A program made the translations under genes and the position numbers. Of a DNA stretch of 64,000 bases, positions 59,303 to 64,000 are shown piece after piece. This DNA comes from an uncultured Dehalococcoidales bacterium (GTDB lineage: Bacteria > Chloroflexota > Dehalococcoidia > Lucifugimonadales > Lucifugimonadaceae), in the NCBI GenBank assembly GCA_964564575.1, contig CAZMBB010000005.1, positions 294 to 64,293 on the forward strand, in the 5' to 3' direction. How positions within the stretch are numbered: position 1 is the first letter of the stretch; the number at the start of each line of letters is the position of its first letter. The notes below the pieces were generated by a model. It made no database searches and was not told the DNA's origin. It saw only the letters and a program-made list of their open reading frames with translations.

Positions 59303-60042
59303 GTTCGGAGTTCGCTGGCAAGGTCGCGCTAGTTACTGGCGGATCAAAAGGGATCGGCCGGGCGTGCGCGTACGCCTTTGCTGAAGAGGGCGCTAACGTC
59401 GCGGTGACGGGGCGTACCCTCGATGAATTGGAAGCGACGGCGGCACAAGTCGAAGAGATCGGGACCGAGGCGTTGGTTTGCCAGTCGGACTTCACCGATC
59501 GCGAGCAAGTAGCCGGAATAGTTCCTTCAGTCTTGGACAAATTCGGACGCATTGACGTCTTGGTAAACAACGCGGCCATCATCCACCCTCGCATCGATCT
59601 CGTTGATCTTGACGACGAGGTCTGGTACGACGTAATCGAGGTCAACCTCAATGCTGCGGCAATGTTGACAAAGGCAGCGATTCCTTCGATGGTCGAGCAG
59701 GGCGGCGGCACGATCATCAACATCTCAAGCATCGGGGGCAGAACCGGCGGGCGGGGCCGGAGCGCGTATCGCGTCACCAAGTCGGCGTTGATCAGCTTGA
59801 CGCAGTCGTTGGCCGCTGAGTTGCACGAGCACGGGATCAACGTGAATGCGATATGTCCCGGCGGCACCGACACAGAGGGTTACCGGGAAGCCTTTGGCAA
59901 TCGAGGGCGTGAGGACAACCCAGATTTGATGCTTCCTTCGGAGATCGCCAACGTTGCTGTGTTTCTGGCTTCGGAGAGATCATCCGCGGTTACTGGAACC
60001 GCGATCGACGCGTTTGGCGGCAACAACCCTCTCTTCGGGTAG
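59299..60042 (+). CDS. SDR family oxidoreductase
   Basis: Contains VALVTGGSKGIGRA, NNAA and YRVTKSA. The start overlaps the kdgK stop. Confidence 0.85.
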   Translation: MSSEFAGKVALVTGGSKGIGRACAYAFAEEGANVAVTGRTLDELEATAAQVEEIGTEALVCQSDFTDREQVAGIVPSVLDKFGRIDVLVNNAAIIHPRIDLVDLDDEVWYDVIEVNLNAAAMLTKAAIPSMVEQGGGTIINISSIGGRTGGRGRSAYRVTKSALISLTQSLAAELHEHGINVNAICPGGTDTEGYREAFGNRGREDNPDLMLPSEIANVAVFLASERSSAVTGTAIDAFGGNNPLFG

Positions 60043-61643
60043 TGATGGCGTCTGGCTCGCTGATCCTGACGATCGATCAAGGCACGACTTCGACTCGTGC
60101 CATCGTGTTTGATGAGGGCGTTCAGTCGATAGGTTCGGCCCAGCGAGAATTCACGCAGGTCTTCCCCCAACCCGGCTGGGTAGAACACGATCCAGTCGAG
60201 ATCGCGGAGACAGCGATCGGGACGGCTCGGCAGGCCCTTCAAACGGCTGGCGCATCAGCGGACGATGTTGTGGCGTTGGGGATAACTAACCAGCGAGAGA
60301 CAACCGTCATCTGGGAGAGTAGGACAGGACGCCCGCTCTCGAACGCTATTGTGTGGCAGGACCACCGGACGGCCGATATATGCAATGAGTTGAGCGATGC
60401 GGGAATTGCGGATGATATCTGGGCGCGGACGGGGTTGATTGTCGATCCGTACTTCTCGGCGACGAAGATGCGATGGATGCTGGACCATCTGCCGATCCCG
60501 AACTTGCGGGCTAGAGCCGAGAACGGGGATGTGAGATTTGGGACGGTAGATGCTTGGTTGATCGATCAGCTTGCGAGAGGTGAGAGTGGTTCGGTTGGGG
60601 ATGACGTTCCTCATCTGACAGACGTGACGAACGCGAGCCGGACAATGCTGTTGAACATCCACGATCTGACCTGGGACCCCGATTTGCTTCGGATATTCGG
60701 GATTCCAGAGGTTGCCTTGCCTACCCCTATGCCGTCCGCAGGGCCATTCACTGTTACACATCCCTCGATTTTCGGTCGGGAGATTCCGATTACTGGTGTT
60801 GCCGGTGACCAACAAGCGGCTTTATATGGACAGGCTTGTTTTGCTAGGGGAGACATGAAGTGCACATACGGGACAGGAGCGTTTTTGCTTGCCAACAGCG
60901 GTGGCGATGCTCACGCGCTGTTCACTGACGCAGCACCCGGAGAGATGGGTGCAGATGATCTTGAAGCTGCTTCCGGCGGTTTGCTGTTCACCTTGGGATG
61001 GCAGGCTGGAGGATCAAAGGCATACGCTCTGGAGGCTTCGATCTTCAACACAGGTGCCACAATGCAGTGGTTGAGAGATGGTTTAGGGATCATCAACGAT
61101 GCCGCGGAATCGTCGGACATCGCCGTGCTCCTCGGAGACAACGGCGGAGTGTATCTCGTCCCAGCATTTTCCGGTTTAGGATCACCCCACTGGGATCCTC
61201 ACGCCAGAGCCTCCATCACCGGAATCAGTCGTGGAACCACAAAAGACCATGTAATCCGGGCAGCCCTCGAGTCGACCGCCTATCAGATCAAAGAGGTCGT
61301 CGACATCATGGACTCCCAATTGCGACTCCCAAGACGCGGAAATCGACGCGAACGTGTGCTTCGTGTAGACGGCGGCCAGACGCGCAACCCCTTCTTGATG
61401 CAGTTCCAAGCGGACCTCTTGGACCGGCCGATCGAGGTCTCGGCAGTTGGTGAGACAACTGCCCTTGGCGCCGCATTCCTAGCAGGGCGGGCTGCCGGAG
61501 TGTGGCGATCCGACCGACAGTTGGCGAATCTATGGCAGTGCGCTCAGCGATACGAGCCAGACATGTCCGAGAGCCAGCGGCTCAGTTTGATGGCTGGCTG
61601 GAACGAGGCTCTTCGACGAACGAAGACGAATTTCAGAGGATGA
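60042..61643 (+). CDS. glpK: glycerol kinase (FGGY family)
   Basis: Contains ILTIDQGTTSTRAIVF, GWVEHDP, GITNQRETT, VWQD.RT and GDQQAALYGQ. Confidence 0.9.
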   Translation: MMASGSLILTIDQGTTSTRAIVFDEGVQSIGSAQREFTQVFPQPGWVEHDPVEIAETAIGTARQALQTAGASADDVVALGITNQRETTVIWESRTGRPLSNAIVWQDHRTADICNELSDAGIADDIWARTGLIVDPYFSATKMRWMLDHLPIPNLRARAENGDVRFGTVDAWLIDQLARGESGSVGDDVPHLTDVTNASRTMLLNIHDLTWDPDLLRIFGIPEVALPTPMPSAGPFTVTHPSIFGREIPITGVAGDQQAALYGQACFARGDMKCTYGTGAFLLANSGGDAHALFTDAAPGEMGADDLEAASGGLLFTLGWQAGGSKAYALEASIFNTGATMQWLRDGLGIINDAAESSDIAVLLGDNGGVYLVPAFSGLGSPHWDPHARASITGISRGTTKDHVIRAALESTAYQIKEVVDIMDSQLRLPRRGNRRERVLRVDGGQTRNPFLMQFQADLLDRPIEVSAVGETTALGAAFLAGRAAGVWRSDRQLANLWQCAQRYEPDMSESQRLSLMAGWNEALRRTKTNFRG

Positions 61644-61728
61644 AACACAGATATCAAGACGAAGCCCCGATAGATATGAACATAGATGAGGTAATGAGTT
61701 CGGCGAATCATTGATCCGCGTCGCCCCC

Positions 61729-62490
61729 TCACACCAACTCCGACCCGTACAACCTCTCATACCGCGTCGGACGATTATGGTGCAAATGACTACGCATCAA
61801 AACAATCTTTTGCACCGGCACCGCAACCTCATTCCTGCCATCCCCCGACGCCCGCGCCTCTAACCATCTCTCTCCTATCGCCGCCAAAACCCGCTTCTGC
61901 GTACCGCTCCTCACACGACCCACCGTCACATGCGGAGCGAACTCCCGACGCTCCTCCGCAAACCCCAACTTCACCATCGCACCCTCCAACCGACTCGCCA
62001 GACTCGACATCCGCCGCAGATCACCGTCCAGCCCCGTCCACAAAACCCGCGGTGTCCGCTCTCCCGGAAAACAACCATTCGCACCCAGCGTCAGCCGCAA
62101 CCTCGACGAGTCCGCCGCAACCTCATCCATCTCATCACGCAGATGCCTCACATCATCCCGATGCACATCCCCCAGAAACTTCAATGTGATATGCATATTC
62201 TCCGGCGTAGTCCAACGCACCGCATCATAAGCCACCGCACCTCGCGAAGGCCGACGACGCTGCACGCCCCCATACGACACCGCACGCATCGACCTCGCCA
62301 TCCCATCCAAAACCCTCACCGCACGTTTCGGCAACTCCACAGCCACAAACAACCGCCACCAATTCAGAGCTTCCTCCTCCGCCTCTTCCTCACTCACACC
62401 GCCCGGCAACAACACCGGCTCCACCTCGCGCCGAGTAGCACCCCGACTACGCCGAGGCCTGCCCTCCGATCTCTCATCCATGCGCTGCAT
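61729..62490 (-). CDS. thpR: RNA 2',3'-cyclic phosphodiesterase (2H phosphoesterase, ThpR/LigT)
   Basis: Has two H-x-T-x motifs, HITLKFLG and HVTVGRV. The start was trimmed to Met 62490 because the first 49 track codons read through an intergenic repeat. Confidence 0.75.
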   Translation of the reverse strand: MQRMDERSEGRPRRSRGATRREVEPVLLPGGVSEEEAEEEALNWWRLFVAVELPKRAVRVLDGMARSMRAVSYGGVQRRRPSRGAVAYDAVRWTTPENMHITLKFLGDVHRDDVRHLRDEMDEVAADSSRLRLTLGANGCFPGERTPRVLWTGLDGDLRRMSSLASRLEGAMVKLGFAEERREFAPHVTVGRVRSGTQKRVLAAIGERWLEARASGDGRNEVAVPVQKIVLMRSHLHHNRPTRYERLYGSELV

Positions 62491-62583
62491 CCCGTAATCA
62501 TAGACCGCCACCGTCACCTTCGCGGAGCGCAAGGAGATGCCCAGAGAATAGCGGTAACGGCGGCCTCCCTTCTCCATTGATGG

Positions 62584-62601
62584 GAGAGGGCTAGGGTGAG
62601 G
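62584..62601. repeat. GC-rich intergenic repeat (inverted copy of 1777-1794)
   Basis: The reverse complement, cctcaccctagccctctc, matches cctcatcctagccctcgc at 16/18 positions. Confidence 0.5.
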
Positions 62602-62650
62602 GTGAAGAGGCGGAGCAGGGCAATCTCCGCAAAACATCTAAAATCTCAAC

Positions 62651-63844
62651 ATGCTCACTACATCCCCCGACATCTGGTGGTCACCAACCACCCTCCAGTT
62701 CCAAGAAATCCACGCCCGCGGCGGAACCGACTGGACAACCATCAACCTGGTCGACGCCGCCGGCCTAGCCGGTCAAGGCGAAATAACCTCAACCCAACTC
62801 TCCGGTAGCGTCGCAGCCATAACCGCACGCCTAGCCAACCGCCTCCGAGGCCAGCGCATCACATCCGACGACCACGTCATGCAGATCCTAGGCGTAACTC
62901 CCGAAGCCTGCGAGGAAGACCAGAAACTAGCCACCGCCGTATCAGCCCTCCGTTGCGCCGTCGCAGACGCCCTCTCTCAACGCGCCCAACTCCCACTAGC
63001 CCAATACCTCCGCCTAACCCACGACCACGAAGGCGAACTCCCAGACCGCGTCCAACTCTACGGAAACATAAACCGATCCTTACTTCCCGACGACCAAGGC
63101 CCCGTAGACCGCGGCCCCGACGACTTCGCAGAAATGGCGATGGAGGCCGTAAACAACGGCTTCACAACCATCAAATGCGCTCCATTCGACGAGTGCAAAG
63201 CACCATTCGACTCCACCGGCCTCCCTCACTGCGCCGAAGCCGGACTCGAACGCGTCCAGACCATCCGAGAAACCGTCGGTCCCGACATCACCATCTTCGT
63301 CGACTGCCACTCACGCTTCGACCTCGACTCCGCACTAGCCCTGGAACCCGAACTACAAGCCGCAGGAGGGCAGTGGTTCGAAGAACCCGTAGACCCAGTC
63401 GAAAACTCCGACGACCTACGCACCATACACGAGCACGCAAACCTCCCAATCGCCGGCGGAGAGCACGCATACGGCGTCAACCTATTCAAGCGACTAGTCG
63501 AAGAAGACATCCTCGACATCGTCATGCCCGACGTCAAATTCTGCGGCGGACCCGTCGAAGCATACCGCATCGGAACCGAACTCGAACCCGCATACCCCGG
63601 CTCCGTATCCATGCACTGCCCATCCGGCCCACTATCCCTCCTAGCCAGCGCACACGCCACCATCGCCTTCGAAAACACACTCCCCCTAGAGCACGCCGTC
63701 TACGAAGTCGACTGGCGACACACCCTCTTGGAACCATACGAACGAGTAGAAAACGGTCACCTAATCATCCCCCAAGCCCCCGGCCTAGGCGCAAGAGTAG
63801 ACCCCGCAGCAATAGCCTTCCGAGGCAAAACCTGGACCGAGTGA
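62651..63844 (+). CDS. mandelate racemase/muconate lactonizing enzyme (enolase superfamily) protein, sugar-acid dehydratase-like
   Basis: 397 aa with FTTIKCAPFD, FVDCHSRFD, WFEEP, PIAGGE and MPDVKFCGG. Confidence 0.8.
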   Translation: MLTTSPDIWWSPTTLQFQEIHARGGTDWTTINLVDAAGLAGQGEITSTQLSGSVAAITARLANRLRGQRITSDDHVMQILGVTPEACEEDQKLATAVSALRCAVADALSQRAQLPLAQYLRLTHDHEGELPDRVQLYGNINRSLLPDDQGPVDRGPDDFAEMAMEAVNNGFTTIKCAPFDECKAPFDSTGLPHCAEAGLERVQTIRETVGPDITIFVDCHSRFDLDSALALEPELQAAGGQWFEEPVDPVENSDDLRTIHEHANLPIAGGEHAYGVNLFKRLVEEDILDIVMPDVKFCGGPVEAYRIGTELEPAYPGSVSMHCPSGPLSLLASAHATIAFENTLPLEHAVYEVDWRHTLLEPYERVENGHLIIPQAPGLGARVDPAAIAFRGKTWTE

Positions 63845-63854
63845 TTACATCGTC

Positions 63855-63973
63855 ATTCCGGCGAAAGCCGGAATCCAGAGGGGTTGGGTTGAGGGTTTCC
63901 CTCGCTCGCGGGGGAAATGTCCGAAGGACAAAGGGGGCGCGACGGTAGGGGCGGTTCGCGAACCGCCCCTACC
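63855..63973. repeat. cluster of three GC-rich hairpin repeats downstream of the enolase-superfamily gene
   Basis: attccggc-gaaa-gccggaat lies at 63855-63874. tttccctcgc..gcgggggaaa lies at 63896-63917, within the 41-nt repeat 63897-63937. A perfect 30-bp palindrome ggtaggggcggttcgcgaaccgcccctacc lies at 63944-63973. Confidence 0.7.
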
Positions 63974-64000
63974 AACCAACATCCAAAATCACACCCCATC

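Noticed and set aside
61729-62637. Long N-terminus of the thpR track ORF (MFCGDCPAPPLHPHPSPLPSMEKGG...)
   Set aside because: It reads through the GC-rich intergenic repeat at 62584-62601. The start was trimmed to Met 62490.

Overview
This is a chromosomal segment of a moderately GC-rich bacterium, analysed by hand with no database searches. It is densely coding, with about 57 protein genes. I recognised no rRNA, tRNA, CRISPR array, transposase or integrase.

Gene content:
- A housekeeping block: lysA-holB, cmk-plsC-glmS-dgt-dnaG-rpoD, recF, apt, mazG, purEK.
- A Liv-type ABC importer without a binding-protein gene.
- A block of two giant paralogous FtsX-type permeases plus two ABC ATPases.
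- An otsA-otsB fusion.
- A lone molybdopterin hydroxylase large subunit.
- A sugar-acid catabolic cluster: YjhG/YagF dehydratase, eda, HpcH aldolase, kdgK, SDR, glpK and an enolase-superfamily enzyme.

Main observations:
1. The organism decodes UGA as selenocysteine. selD carries an in-frame TGA in its SCAG-U-AGK motif.
2. A DUF3179 lipoprotein gene is split by a single TGA exactly where the family has the first Cys of its CPLC motif, and a hairpin lies just downstream. This is a candidate exported selenoprotein.
3. Plus-strand composition flips sharply from G/T-rich to C/A-rich at about 23.8 kb, independent of gene orientation.
4. recF and the first FtsX permease have no ATG, GTG or TTG upstream of essential N-terminal elements. 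This implies ATC and CTG starts, or damaged genes.
5. A class II Fic gene sits in an AT-rich cassette bounded by a 36-bp direct repeat and crowded with TGTACA boxes.
6. rpoD carries a five-fold internal repeat in its non-conserved region.
7. GC-rich hairpin repeats recur in several intergenic regions.

Many Arg/Pro-rich ORFs in the supplied track are out-of-frame or antisense shadows of real genes and were discarded.
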